A stretch of 64,000 bases of DNA from Eledone cirrhosa (taxonomy: Eukaryota). The first letter of the stretch is position 1. Each line of letters begins with the position of its first letter. The stretch is from positions 31,806,001 to 31,870,000 of the forward strand of contig OZ024743.1 in NCBI GenBank assembly GCA_964016885.1, given 5' to 3'. The position numbers and the translations under genes are program-made. Positions 23,562 through 36,020 of the stretch are shown in pieces. Below the pieces are notes generated by a model that made no database searches, was not told the DNA's origin, and saw only the letters and a program-made list of their open reading frames with translations.

Positions 23562-26500
23562 ATGACCTCACTCAGAATAGGCAGCATAAATGCGCGTGGC
23601 TTGGGGTCGTCATGGAAGCAGGGTCACCTGCTCAACGACCTCAGGTCACTAAACATAGATGTAGTGGCCATCAGCGAGACCAGAATCTCCGAAGCACGGG
23701 CCTTCGCACCGGTCTTCGGCGGCTACGATGTGTACGCATCTCCCAGCCGTCCTGGATCGGGGGGAGGAGTTGCTGTGCTTTTTCGGAGAGGTTTGGATCT
23801 CGCCATGCGGGTATCTTCCTGGACCCAGAGGGTAAGCTGGTGGTGCTGGACGTGACCAGCGGAGACGGGCAAGCTTTCAGGCTAGTGGCCGTCTATGCCC
23901 CGACAGGAGCAGGGCGGCCTGATTTCTTCCGGCGTCTGGAGACCTTTCTTGGAACGTCCCGCTCTTTAGTGTTAGTGGGCGACTGGAACGGGATCTTAGA
24001 TGCACGCTGGGACTGTGTGGGATTAGCGGATAGGGGCGGAGGATGCAAGAGCCTCACCAACCTGCTCAGGCGTTTTGAACTGTCTGACAGGTACCGATTG
24101 GATTTCCCGAATGTGCCAATGGGGACTTGGACAAATCGCCCTAGGGTCATCCAGATCATATCTAGATAGAGTATTTTGTAGGGTAATAGATATGTCTAGC
24201 ATAGGATGTCCACAATTCAAGATAGTAAGCTACACGGACCACAAATTCGTGATCTGTGTGCTTGACTTAGATAGGCTTCATAGACGAGGACCCGGCTACT
24301 GGAAGCTAAAGGCGTCCTTACCAGCGCGCAAGGCCTACAGAGACCGGATTAGTGAACTAGTTAAACGGGCGTTGACGGGGGCCATCGTCAACAACAAGTG
24401 GTGGTTTGCTCTGAAAAGAGCGATTAGAATAGAATCCATTAGGTTTAGTAAGGCTTTAGCAATAGAGAAAAATAGCGCAGAGGGATAACTAGTTAGAAAA
24501 TTAGACGAGGCGCTTAGCAAAGGCATTGCGACCGACGTGCTTGCGGCGAAATTGGCCCTTGACCAATTCTTCAATGCAAAGCACGAAGGCTGCGTTGTCA
24601 GAGCAAGGGTGCGTGCTCTCAGACACAAGGGGACGAAAGCCGTTCAATGGACCCGAGTGGCGGAGGCGCGTCGTGGCAACAAAGCCACGATCCGGTCTTT
24701 GGTGGACCACGACGGGCGCATGCTACTCGATCCCGGGCAAATGTGTGAAGCTTTTCAGCGACACTTCGCTCAGCTGTTCGGGGGCAGAGGTGGGCCGGGT
24801 CGAGGGATGGACTTTAGTGTCTACCTCGACGGACTGCCGCGGCTCTCGGCCACTGAGGCGAAGTGTTGCGAAAAGCCGATAACAGCCGCTGAAGTAAGGG
24901 AGGCAATGACTGGCTGCACAAGGGGTAAATCGCCTGGTTTGGATGGTTTGCCCTATGAACTTTACGTACAGATGCCAGACTTGTTCGGGGGCCTCTTGCG
25001 GACGTCTACTGCAACTGGCAACATAACGGGAGAATTCCCAGTTCTGTGAGACGAGGAGCGGTGGCACTGCTGAGAAAGGATCCGAACAAGGGGGATAACA
25101 TAGATAATTTCCGGCCCATAACTCTACTAAACACAGAGTTCAAGATTTTGGCCAAGGTGCTAGCAAAGAGGCTGGCGCTTGTCGTTCGTGGTCTGGTAGG
25201 AGAGGCGCAGACATGCGCCATTCCCGACAGATCCATCCACGACAACCTCCACCTCATGCGATACATCGTAGAGAGGGTAGCTAGGGAACCTGGTACGGGT
25301 GGGTCCTTGATCAATTTAGATCAGTCGAAAGCTTTCGATAGGGTCGACCATCGTTACCTAGCGTCAGTCCTGAGGGCGGCTGGCTTTGGGCCCGTCTTCA
25401 GAGGCTGGATCGCTGCCATGCAAAGCGACATCTGCTTTGTGGTGAGAGTGAACGGTCACCTGTCGGAACCGTTCAACATCATGCGCTCGGTCCGCCAAGG
25501 ATGTCCCCTCTCGTCCCTCTTGAACGTATTAACTCTTGAGCCATTACTGCACAAACTGGAGACGTTGAGGGGGTTCCCGCGCGAACTAGGATGCGGAAGA
25601 TCCGTGTCAGCATATGCGGACGATGTCACCCTAGTGGTGTCGAACGCCAAACACATCGAAGCGATCGGCACTACACTAAGAGAATATGAAGCCGTGACAG
25701 GAGCAATGATCAACCAGGAAAAGTCAGTGGGCCTGCAGCTCGGCACCTGGAGAGGCAGGTCCATGCCGTCCAACAGCGTCGTCGGACGCTGGACGGACGG
25801 ACCGGTTAAATTGCTGGGGGTCTGGTTCGGTCCGGACCTCCAGACGGACAAAAACTGGGACGAGGTGACGAGCAGGGTGGCTTCTCTCACCCAGAAATGG
25901 GCCGAGAGGAAGCTATCCCTGAAAGGTCGAGCGGAGGTGGCTAACGCGTACATCGCGTCTGTCATCTGCTACCGCCTGACCGTCGTACCTTGTCCTAAGC
26001 CTCGCCTGACTGCGCTGGAGCGTTTGCTCTTTCGCTTTTTGTGGAAGGGACGTGCTCCGATGGTCAGGCGGTCCATCTGTTGTCAACACCCGCTACATGG
26101 AGGGCTGGGCATGCCGTGGCTTATGATGCGCAGGCACGCGCTCAGGCTACGACATCTCCACCTCTTCCTCGACGGTGATCAGGTGTGGTCGCCGTTTGCT
26201 AGGCGCGTATTTCCTCAGCTCGTTTCCTTGACGGAGCTGCAGTCCTGGGTCAAGTGAAGACCGAGAGGGAGCGCCTGGAGACTGGAATGTCTTCAGGCGC
26301 TCACAGCCCTCGACCAATCGGGCAATGTGATCGGTGGAAACCCACCTCGGCGTTCTATAGAGGATTAGTGGAGGGGAAGAGCGACGACGTACTTGGGGAA
26401 ACTCTAGGCGTCGACGAAAATCAACTAGCCAATCTCTTCGGAAGAACTTTCGGGCCAGGGCCTATGGACAACTTCCAGAAATCTCTGGCCTGGCAGTGCT

Positions 26501-26979
26501 ACCGAGGAGCCTTGCCAGTTCGGGATAAACTCTACAGGCATGGAGGTGCCGTCAGCCGGGCATGTCCGAGATGCGCGCAGGGCGACGAAACCGTCCTGCA
26601 CGCACTCGTCCAGTGTCCGAAAATTGCTGACTTGTGGGTTTATGTCGAACACCTGCTGTCGCGTTTAGGACGGATCCGGCTATCATCTGAGTCCATCGTG
26701 AGGATTGCCCCGCCCTCCTCCTTTAGCCAGAAAGGGCAGGCAGTTATTATCTGTCTGGTGGCCATGGCGAAAGAGATAGTATGGTGGACACGTTTGAAAG
26801 GGTTGAAGACGAGCACTTACCTCTTCGGTGATGCTCTGATTGACTTTTTCAAATTTCATTTGAAAAGGAAAATCAGAGTAGAGAGGGAAGTGCTCTCTTC
26901 CCAGCATTTTGTTGAAAGATGGGTGAGAGAAGCAAGAATGGCCCGAGTGAATGGGCCTACTCTGAGTATATATCTGTAA
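23562..26979 (+). pseudogene. Tx1 ORF2 APE endonuclease-RT-zf, several frameshifts/stop
   Basis: APE motifs SINARG, ISET, GDWN, LDRV, TDH. RT motifs SPGLDG, FRPITLLN, DQSKAFDRV, RQGCPLS, AYADD. C-terminal CPRC..ETVLHALVQC. Split over at least 6 ORF fragments. Confidence 0.92.
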
Positions 26980-27230
26980 ATTAAAGGTGGAAAACTGGGA
27001 GAGGGCACTTGCCTTGGTGGTCAGGGTCATTGTGGCTTTTTACTGGGCTTTCTCCACAAATCTCCCTCCGAAGTCTCCCCCCTATTGGGGAATTTTTCAT
27101 TGTTATTTTTTGTTACATCCTCTGTTTTTGTTTTTTACACGCAGAAATGCCCATTTGTACCGTCCTGCATTGTCCTGCACTGTCCTTAATGTCTACTTTA
27201 TGTAAACCCTTGTGGTTAATAAAGAAATCA

Positions 27231-27338
27231 TTATTATTATTATTATTATCATTATTATTATTATTATTATTAATATTATTCTCTTCTTCTTCTTCTTCTT
27301 CTTCTTCTTCTTCTTCTTCTTCTTCTTCTTCTTCTTCT

Positions 27339-27368
<30 letters not shown>
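27231..27368. repeat. (TAT)n(TCT)n compound microsatellite at the right edge of the nest
   Basis: Directly visible. Confidence 0.98.
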
Positions 27369-27369
<1 letters not shown>

Positions 27370-27439
27370 ACACTATATAAATGACTGAATTTGCGTTACA
27401 TTTCGCTTTTTCTACCCGCCGAAATGCAATTCTCGATGA

Positions 27440-27500
<61 letters not shown>

Positions 27501-27813
27501 AAAGTTCTATTTAAATTGTTGGGATACAACAAGCAAATATATTTATAACTGATATATGATATAAAGCACTCGACATGTATTTGGAGTAAATATACGATAT
27601 TAACAAATGGAAACTATATTTATAAAACCATATCTATTTTATTATACATATTTCAAGGATACCATGTTGAATTATGGTATGCTTTCATCAGACAAAATAC
27701 AATATATACCAGTTTTATAAATAATAGTGTCATACCCTTTCAAAATGCAACCGTTACTTTTGGAAGACATCATAGATATGGTTTTATAAATATAGTTTAC
27801 ATTTGTTAATATC

Positions 27814-27845
<32 letters not shown>

Positions 27846-27848
<3 letters not shown>

Positions 27849-28011
27849 AATAATGGTTTCTACTTTTGGCACAAGACCACCAATTACCCAGTGTATTACA
27901 TGTACTTTATTTTATCGACCCTGTAAGGATGAAAGCCAAAGTTAACCTCGGCGGGATTTCAACTCCGTAACTCTATGCGTCAGAGCATGACGTGCGACCC
28001 TCTACCGATTC
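27846..28011 (-). mobile_element. SINE S1 copy
   Basis: Reverse complement of the S1 body and tail. Confidence 0.85.
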
Positions 28012-28074
28012 TAATTATAGTTATGTATATACTATACTATAAATAACTATAAACAGGAAAGTTCATTAATTTAC

Positions 28075-28102
28075 CTTATTACCAGTAGAGAGAAATAGGT
28101 CA
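28075..28102 (-). CDS. candidate host exon (28 nt)
   Basis: Minus strand gttcttacAG|tgacctatttctctctactggtaataag|GTAAAT. Phase-compatible with the neighbouring candidates. Confidence 0.25.
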
Positions 28103-28135
28103 CTGTAAGAACATCAGGTGTTTTAAAGAGCAGGG

Positions 28136-28216
28136 ATATAAATTACACAAGTATCAAAGTTATGTTCAAATTATTTAATGATTTGAACATGACTTTGATA
28201 CATGTGTAATTTATAT
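28136..28216. repeat. imperfect palindrome next to (TA)n
   Basis: ATATAAATTACACAAGTATCAAAGTTATGTTCAAAT / ATTTGAACATGACTTTGATACATGTGTAATTTATAT. Confidence 0.85.
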
Positions 28217-28445
28217 ATATATATATATATTAAATATATATATATACATACACACACACAAACACACAATCACAGACACGCACACACATATATATAAATA
28301 TATATACTCATCTTTTTCCATTTATCTGAGGGTTCTAAACCCCATTATCAGGCTAAAATGTCTTTAGTCAAAAATACGGTGAAAGCTATTCTATTTTCTA
28401 ATTTTTCAAACCTGCTCACTGTTTCAAAACATACTTACTTGATAT

Positions 28446-28515
<70 letters not shown>

Positions 28516-28517
<2 letters not shown>

Positions 28518-28604
28518 CGTTTCTGAATTTGTTTAGCAAGATTCTTTATCTGAAATCGTGTGTTGAACCGATATTGGCAACATGACCCTCCCAAAGTATA
28601 ACAA
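28516..28604. mobile_element. (TA)n-flanked short element family P2 (Penelope-like pLTR fragments)
   Basis: Shares segments with 30229-30354, 35760-36020 and 62411-62708 in varying relative orientation. Confidence 0.6.
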
Positions 28605-29362
28605 TATATATATATATATATGAAAAGTATAGAAATTGTTGTAGCGAGAAGCTAACAGTATTCCATAACATATATATATATATATATATAACATATATAT
28701 ATATATATAAAATTAATAAGGTAATGAATTCTTTTACAATGGAATCAGCTCGAATGAGGAAAAATATCGCCTGAGCAGTTTATAAATTAATATGTATGTG
28801 ATGAAACACAGATACCAACACATCTGTATATATATTGCGAAAGAAAAATTTAGCCAGATTGAAGTATACTAATTATTATACTACAGTTTGTCCATATCGA
28901 TTTAAAATAATAAATCAACGGAGACGAACTGTATTGGCAAAAGGCCGTGATGTTTAGACACATTTAAATTTCAAAATCAAACCTGTTCCGTATATAAGTT
29001 TAGACTTTAAGATCCAAATATGTTTCGAGTTAAATAAGTGTAGGAATATCATGTCCCGCCCTCCTCAGTAAACATCCAGAGACAAATTGATATGCTTCAC
29101 TTCTAAATAATTTAAAAGACTGCGTGGCGCACATGGCTTTACAGTATCTAACTAGTCTCATAACCGTACTGCTAGAAATAACAGTCGTGTATATGAGGCG
29201 GCTTTGCAGCTCAAACTAGGAGCAGATTAAAATTAACATATATATATACATATATATTTATATATATATATATATATGTGTGTGCCTGTATGTGGTTGTG
29301 AGTTTGTACAATTATATATATTAATCAATTATATATTTATATGTATGTATTTGTCTCCCTCT

Positions 29363-29393
<31 letters not shown>

Positions 29394-29476
29394 ATTTGTC
29401 TCCCTCTTATATATATATATATATTAATAAATATTTGCTCTACGGTTCTTATATATTTGATATATATTTATCCTTA

Positions 29477-29538
<62 letters not shown>

Positions 29539-29790
29539 TAGATACATACATATATATTTGTCGGTGAGTTGAGTGATGATATACATAGATATATATATGT
29601 AATAAAGTAAATAGACATTTAAAGTTACGAAACTACGTAACGAATATTCTATCAGCTTTCTGGTGTTGATAGGTGTCATGTCACATGACTATTACTATTG
29701 CAATACAGCTGATAATGTAAGTTACATTCAATATTTCAAATATACATTCACACTTCAAAATTATTCAATTGTATTCAGTTAATAACACAA

Positions 29791-29869
<79 letters not shown>

Positions 29870-29927
29870 CGTGTATGTGTGTGTGTATGTGTGCGTGTGC
29901 GTGTGTGTATATATATGTATCTATATT

Positions 29928-29979
<52 letters not shown>

Positions 29980-29980
29980 C

Positions 29981-30169
29981 AAAGGAATTGTGGTAAGGAA
30001 CCAGATGGACCATAACGCACCAGAGTACTCAATACTTAGGGTAGTAGAGTGGGAAATCGGAAAAAGTATGACCCCGACGGCAGAGCTCAAGCCGTTTCGA
30101 CGGCTATTTCTGAGTCCAGAAATACCCGTCGAAACGGCTTGAGCTCTGCCGTCGATGTCATACTTTTTC

Positions 30170-30172
<3 letters not shown>
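29981..30172 (-). mobile_element. (TA)n-flanked short element family P1 with terminal fold-back
   Basis: Arms TCGGAAAAAGTATGAC..TATTTCTG / CAGAAATA..GTCATACTTTTTCCGA. Same family as 52762-52897, 62714-62868 and 63757-63952. Confidence 0.8.
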
Positions 30173-30228
<56 letters not shown>

Positions 30229-30233
<5 letters not shown>

Positions 30234-30354
30234 ATACTTGGGGAGGATCATATTTGTGTAATATTGCCAGAATTAATAACAGAACACACTCACTAATATT
30301 TGTTTCGACACACGATTTCATATAAAAAACCTCGCTAAACTAATTCATCGCCGC
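30229..30354. mobile_element. family P2 copy
   Basis: GTTATACTTGGGGAGG.. plus inverted ..ACACACGATTTCA..GCTAAAC, between (TA)n runs. Confidence 0.55.
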
Positions 30355-30362
30355 TATATATA

Positions 30363-30455
<93 letters not shown>

Positions 30456-30484
30456 TTGTATATGTGTATGTATGTACGTATGTA

Positions 30485-30724
30485 TGGCAACTCAAGAAAC
30501 TGGGATAAGTCCGACATAAAAACTGCGCTTCAGTAGATACCGAAAATGTTGATATTTTCTTCTTTTCGGGTTATAGCTACTGCCGCTCAGAGAGTGGCAT
30601 TGGCTCAGTGCAGTCTTTCCTCACTTTAAAAATATTCTTCACGCACAGACATTGCACGATAGAATTAACTGATAATGATTAGTAATGTTATATCGTGCAA
30701 TGATAACGAGGGGGCAACCATCAT
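30485..30724 (+). mobile_element. 5'-truncated copy of RTE-related non-autonomous element R
   Basis: Matches 57128-57377. Ends GAGGGGGCAACCATCATGTATGTAT. Confidence 0.8.
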
Positions 30725-31729
30725 GTATGTATATTATATTATTGTTGGTTCCACCTACTTATTCACTTGATGCGTAGGTAGGTCCGTTGAAGTGTAGTTC
30801 TTGTTTTACACATTTCATTTTAAATTAGGGTCGGTTTCCCTCATATCCCTCCCTTATAATATTACATTAAATAGGAATATCAGTGTATCATCATTAAGTT
30901 AATTCATGTGAGACGTACGTTTCGCTTTTGTTCAGCTCAAGGTATGATTTGTATCGATCTGGCTCGGCTCTCTAATCAAATTTATATATATATATATATA
31001 ACATGAAATTATAATGGAAAGTTAAATTATTGTTGGTGCTTTAGTTTGATCACTTAATGCGATTACGTGGGTCATAATACCAATGTAGGGTTTGTCTCTT
31101 GTATTGTCACTGGTTATTATCAGCCGTAATATTCAGAGTATTGACAATACGCGTCTGACAATCCAAACGCTGTCCAGTGGAGTATGATACGAGAGACAGA
31201 ACATTAATATATAGCAATTAAGCTACAAAGCAAAGAGTATTTTATTCGAGGTCAGGGAAAAAGTGTGGTGTCTCATAACATGAAATACATGAATGAAACA
31301 AAGAAAACAGCAAGAAAAGAAGAATATAGCAAGTAGAAGAAAGTAAAATATCGTGGCTATTGCAATAAATGGAGAGATAAACCTGTTTGTCCCATTCGTA
31401 GATAAACTTAAGAAAATTAAATTATACTATATATATTTATGGTTCCGAAATTTAAAACCAAATCATTGTATTACTATTTCTGCTGACCTACTCACTGTTC
31501 TTGAGAAACTCCCTATTGTAAGAAACTTATACTATTATTCCTGCTCGTCATTTCTGTGCTATACACACCCAGGCGAACACTAAAGCAATGTTTGTTAAAT
31601 AAATCACTACAATATAGAATAAGGTTTCAATGTATTTAGCATTTGGTCAGTATTGACCGACACAATATTTGACTTAATATTCCCACTTCGGGAAGTCTTT
31701 AAGTTCTGTTCTGCCACACCATAGCTTAC

Positions 31730-31882
31730 GCGAGTTGGTGGATGTTTTTCGTGGGAATATATACTGATTTTGATGATTTATCTGATATTTCTTGGCTGAA
31801 TTTGACCATATACAATTTGAACCAGGTACAATTTGAAGTGTTGAATAGAACAGAAACTGTTGAGTAACATTTGGATGTATAC
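31730..31882 (-). CDS. candidate host exon (153 nt, phase-symmetric)
   Basis: Minus strand ctttctacacAG|...|GTAAGC. Open as IHPNVTQQFLFYSTLQIVPGSNCIWSNSAKKYQINHQNQYIFPRKTSTNS (another frame is also open). Confidence 0.35.
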
Positions 31883-32169
31883 CTGTGTAGAAAGTTATAC
31901 TCTATATATTTGTTTTCACTATTTCTAGTCATGAATTAAAGTGGCTGACGAAATAATGAATATAATATATTGTTTGAGAAAAATGATTTATTAGTTGGAA
32001 TTAAAGAAATGACAAAACGTACAAGACGTAAACATGAAGTCGAAGTAATTCAGAATATGATCGACGACTGACTAATCAAATATATATGACATACATATTT
32101 CAATATATGTGTATATATATAAATGTGTATGATTATGTAAGTGAAAAGGAGACGGACACAGTGAAACAC

Positions 32170-32358
32170 AGAGAGAGGAAGAGAGATAGGTAGATACATA
32201 AGGAGAGATAGATGAATACAGAGAGAAAGAGGGAGAGAGAGAGAAATACAGAGAGAAAGACAGAGATAGACATAGAAATGGAGACAGAGAGAGACACAAG
32301 AGAGCGAGAGACAGACAGAGAGGGAAAGATAGATAGAGAAATAGAGAGCGAGAGAGAT

Positions 32359-32420
<62 letters not shown>

Positions 32421-32483
32421 GAAGACAGAGACAGATAGAGAAATAGAGACAGAGAGAGACACCATAAAGCGAGAGAGAGAAAG
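32170..32483. repeat. degenerate (GA)n/(GACA)/(GATA) purine tract
   Basis: Directly visible. Confidence 0.95.
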
Positions 32484-33052
32484 AATGCGCCATAGAGACA
32501 AACCAGCAGGCAGAGTATGTAGGTTTCTTTGGGTGATTATATATGTGATTTTGTGTGTGCGCGTTTTCATGTCTGCATATAATCGATGTCTCATATATCA
32601 GAATGTAATCGTTTCTTTACCATTTTGCGTGGGTATTATGATTGTTTGTAGAATTTCCCCAATAAGAGGTCACGGTGGTCATGAACGGGTTAATAAACAC
32701 GAAATATAATAATTCACGGATAGAGATAAAAAAGTTGATAGTTATTGTGGTAACACAAACACATTAATACGTACCACATACATTCACACGCAAAGATGTA
32801 TATATGTAAATATGTGTTTGTGTGTGTGCGCGCGTGTACGTGTGTGTGTGTGTGTGTGTGTGCGTGCGTGTCTGTGCTCTTACATATTCATACTACATAT
32901 GTCAGTGAATATATATATGCTTTAACGTAATAGGCAACAGTCAAAGAGACGGCCAAATACATAGACATAGCTTTATCCAGATCGTTATATCGATGGATAA
33001 ATACTTTGGTGTAACGATAGTTTTCTGTGAATATATATATCAATATATATAC

Positions 33053-33083
<31 letters not shown>

Positions 33084-33088
33084 AACAT

Positions 33089-33394
<306 letters not shown>

Positions 33395-33436
33395 GATATA
33401 TATGTATAGTTGATATATATGTATATATACATATAG

Positions 33437-33473
<37 letters not shown>

Positions 33474-33739
33474 TACACTTATGGACTCTAGTACGCAGAG
33501 AAAGTTAGATTATGAATTGGACAGAGAGTTAAACTTTGTAATTAACTTCTTCGTAAAAAAGAGCAAGATATAGTGATCAGTAAATACGTGATGGTTTCTA
33601 TATACATGCAAATAAGTTAACTCACTTAATCTAGCTCGATGGAGCTAAATTTTATGGTTGGTAATTCTCGATTCTGTTATCCCGTCTTCTGATGAAACAC
33701 AGTTCAATATCTTTCTGGTATATAAATATATATATATAT

Positions 33740-33834
<95 letters not shown>

Positions 33835-34049
33835 CATATATATATATGTATATATATACATATGTATATATATATATATATGTAATTTATGTGTGTGTAT
33901 ACATGTCTGTGTATGTGTGTTTGTATATGTGTATGTGAGAGTCAGAGAGAGTGGGAACAGTGTTTTAGCAGAAGACAGATATGAGAATCGGGAGTTAACA
34001 AGCATAAAATTTAATTTCGTTGGACTAGATTAACTTATCTAAATGTAGA

Positions 34050-34099
<50 letters not shown>

Positions 34100-34138
34100 A
34101 GATTGAGTATATGTTGGTTGTTTACCGACTCCTCAGTG

Positions 34139-34220
<82 letters not shown>

Positions 34221-34458
34221 AATAATAATAAATGTGAAGACTAAAATCCAAAGGGGGACTCGATAAGGATAAATATATATCAAATATATAAGAACCAACT
34301 AACAGCTTCACGAACCAAAGTATCCTCTTTTCCTTCGGTTGCAACGTTCACAGATTGATTTTTTTAGTTTCAGAAGATCCCGTTAAAGGTGAACGCATCG
34401 ATTCTTTGCTTAAACTTTAATATGTTATTTTAATAAATATATATATATATATATATAT

Positions 34459-34493
<35 letters not shown>

Positions 34494-34615
34494 GAGGTGA
34501 GTTTTATTGTAGTACAATAAAGCAATGCAGATATCGGATAAGTAGCACTCTATAGTTTGTAGGACTGGAGTATAAATAATATAAGATGAAAAGATGGTTA
34601 AAAGAGTTCCACGAC

Positions 34616-34684
34616 TTTTATTATGCGCATTTCCAAATGAAATATCATCATGCGATGGCATTTGCGTTTTCATCAGATAAAATA
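34616..34684 (-). ncRNA. hammerhead ribozyme motif, left-arm copy (weaker stem II)
   Basis: Minus strand TATTTTAT-CTGATGA-stem II-GAAA-TGCGC-ATA-ATAAAA. Confidence 0.65.
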
Positions 34685-34826
34685 GGGAGACATGATACGA
34701 AGGTTAAAAAACACTTGTGAATAGTGCAGTTTTAAATCAACATATATGTTGCATCAAATTAACATATATGTTGATTTGAAACTGCACTATTCACAAGTGT
34801 TTTTTAACCTTCATATCATGTCTCCC

Positions 34827-34897
34827 TATTTTATCTGATGAAAACGCAAATGTCATCGCATGATGATATTTGTTTTTGAAATGCGCATAATAAAATA
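34827..34897 (+). ncRNA. type I minimal hammerhead ribozyme
   Basis: Stem I TATTTTAT/ATAAAATA (8 bp). CTGATGA at 34835-34841. Stem II core CAAATGTCATC/GATGATATTTG. GAAA at 34878-34881. Short stem III with palindromic GCGC loop. NUH = ATA at 34887-34889. Confidence 0.85.
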
Positions 34898-34927
34898 CAT
34901 GGAACTCTTTTAACCATGTTTTGATCT

Positions 34928-35014
<87 letters not shown>

Positions 35015-35159
35015 CAGTATATATATATATATATATTTGCATGTAGTTGATGGCCGAGGTAACAGGACTTAGTATTTCGCCTTAATAAAATGAATATTAT
35101 ATATTCTCGAACTAACTGTTGAAACGGCAAGAGCTCAGAGAACGGGGTTCCGACTCTTT

Positions 35160-35198
<39 letters not shown>

Positions 35199-35223
35199 TT
35201 ATATATGTATATGTATATATATG

Positions 35224-35255
<32 letters not shown>

Positions 35256-35324
35256 CACATTTATATATATATATATATATATACATATATATCATATATA
35301 TATATATATATATATTTATTTATA

Positions 35325-35392
<68 letters not shown>

Positions 35393-35399
<7 letters not shown>

Positions 35400-35674
35400 A
35401 AAAAGGGATGAAATCGAAAATGCAACTGAAGTCTTATTTTTTTTTAAAATATATATATTTATTTGGTTCGTTTACCGGTTTCGCAGTTCTTCTGCTTTTC
35501 AAAAGGTGAGTTGAGATGGAGGGTCTGTGGTTTTTCTCACAGACCCTCCATCTCAACTCACCTTTTGAAAAGCAGAAGAACTGCGAAACCGGTGAAGGAA
35601 CCAAATAAATATATATATTTAAAAAAAAAATAAGACTTCAGTTGCATTTTCGATTTCATCCCTTTTTCTTTATA
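35393..35674. repeat. ~137-bp-arm near-perfect palindrome next to (TA)n
   Basis: Arms 35393-35529 and 35538-35674 with loop GTTTTTCT. Confidence 0.92.
35561..35598 (+). ncRNA. hammerhead-like motif with U3-A8 core variant
   Basis: CCTT-TTGAAAA-GCAG AAGAA CTGC-GAAA-CCG-GTG-AAGG. The opposite arm reads GTA at the NUH position. Confidence 0.55.
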
Positions 35675-35759
35675 CTTCCACTCGTGTAGGACACCTCGGT
35701 TATTTTTCATTTTGTAAAAAAAACCTCACTTTCTAATATATATATATATATATATATAT

Positions 35760-36020
35760 CGTTATGCTTTGGTAGGGTCATGTTGCCAATAGGAAACACG
35801 CGCACCACATACTTTCAATCAAATTTATTATAAATTAAATTATTAATTTAAAAATTTATAAATTTCCGGTTGGTTGGTTCCACAACCGGACGGTTGTTCA
35901 TTTCATATATTGTCAAAGTTCTTTCGTTACACATTATGTGACCTCTTCAGTGACTGGGGATTCTTTTCTTTGTTTTGTGCCTCTCCTTTGTTCTGTCCTA
36001 CCCCATATTGTTGTCCTTTC
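35760..36020 (-). mobile_element. family P2 copy with hammerhead-like core at 35912-35954
   Basis: Minus strand GTCA-CTGAAGA-GGTCACA..-GAAA-GAA-CTT-TGAC. Homologous to 62470-62708. Confidence 0.6.

Larger units (their letters stand above)
21206..27230 (+). mobile_element. full-length Tx1/L1-clade LINE inserted in (ATT)n
   Basis: Two-ORF APE-RT element. (ATT)n lies immediately 5' and 3'. AATAAA at 27218-27223, no poly(A). Confidence 0.9.
34577..34934. repeat. ~174-bp-arm palindrome (inverted Penelope-like pLTR pair) ending in (TA)n
   Basis: Arms 34577-34750 and 34761-34934 with a 10-nt loop GCATCAAATT. Confidence 0.9.

Noticed and set aside
8169-27030. Many minus-strand ORFs overlapping the LINE ORFs
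   Set aside because: Shadow ORFs. They recur only because the elements are repeated.
29013-29075. Minus-strand CTGAGGA...GAAA hammerhead
   Set aside because: Stem I and stem II do not pair convincingly. At most a decayed motif.
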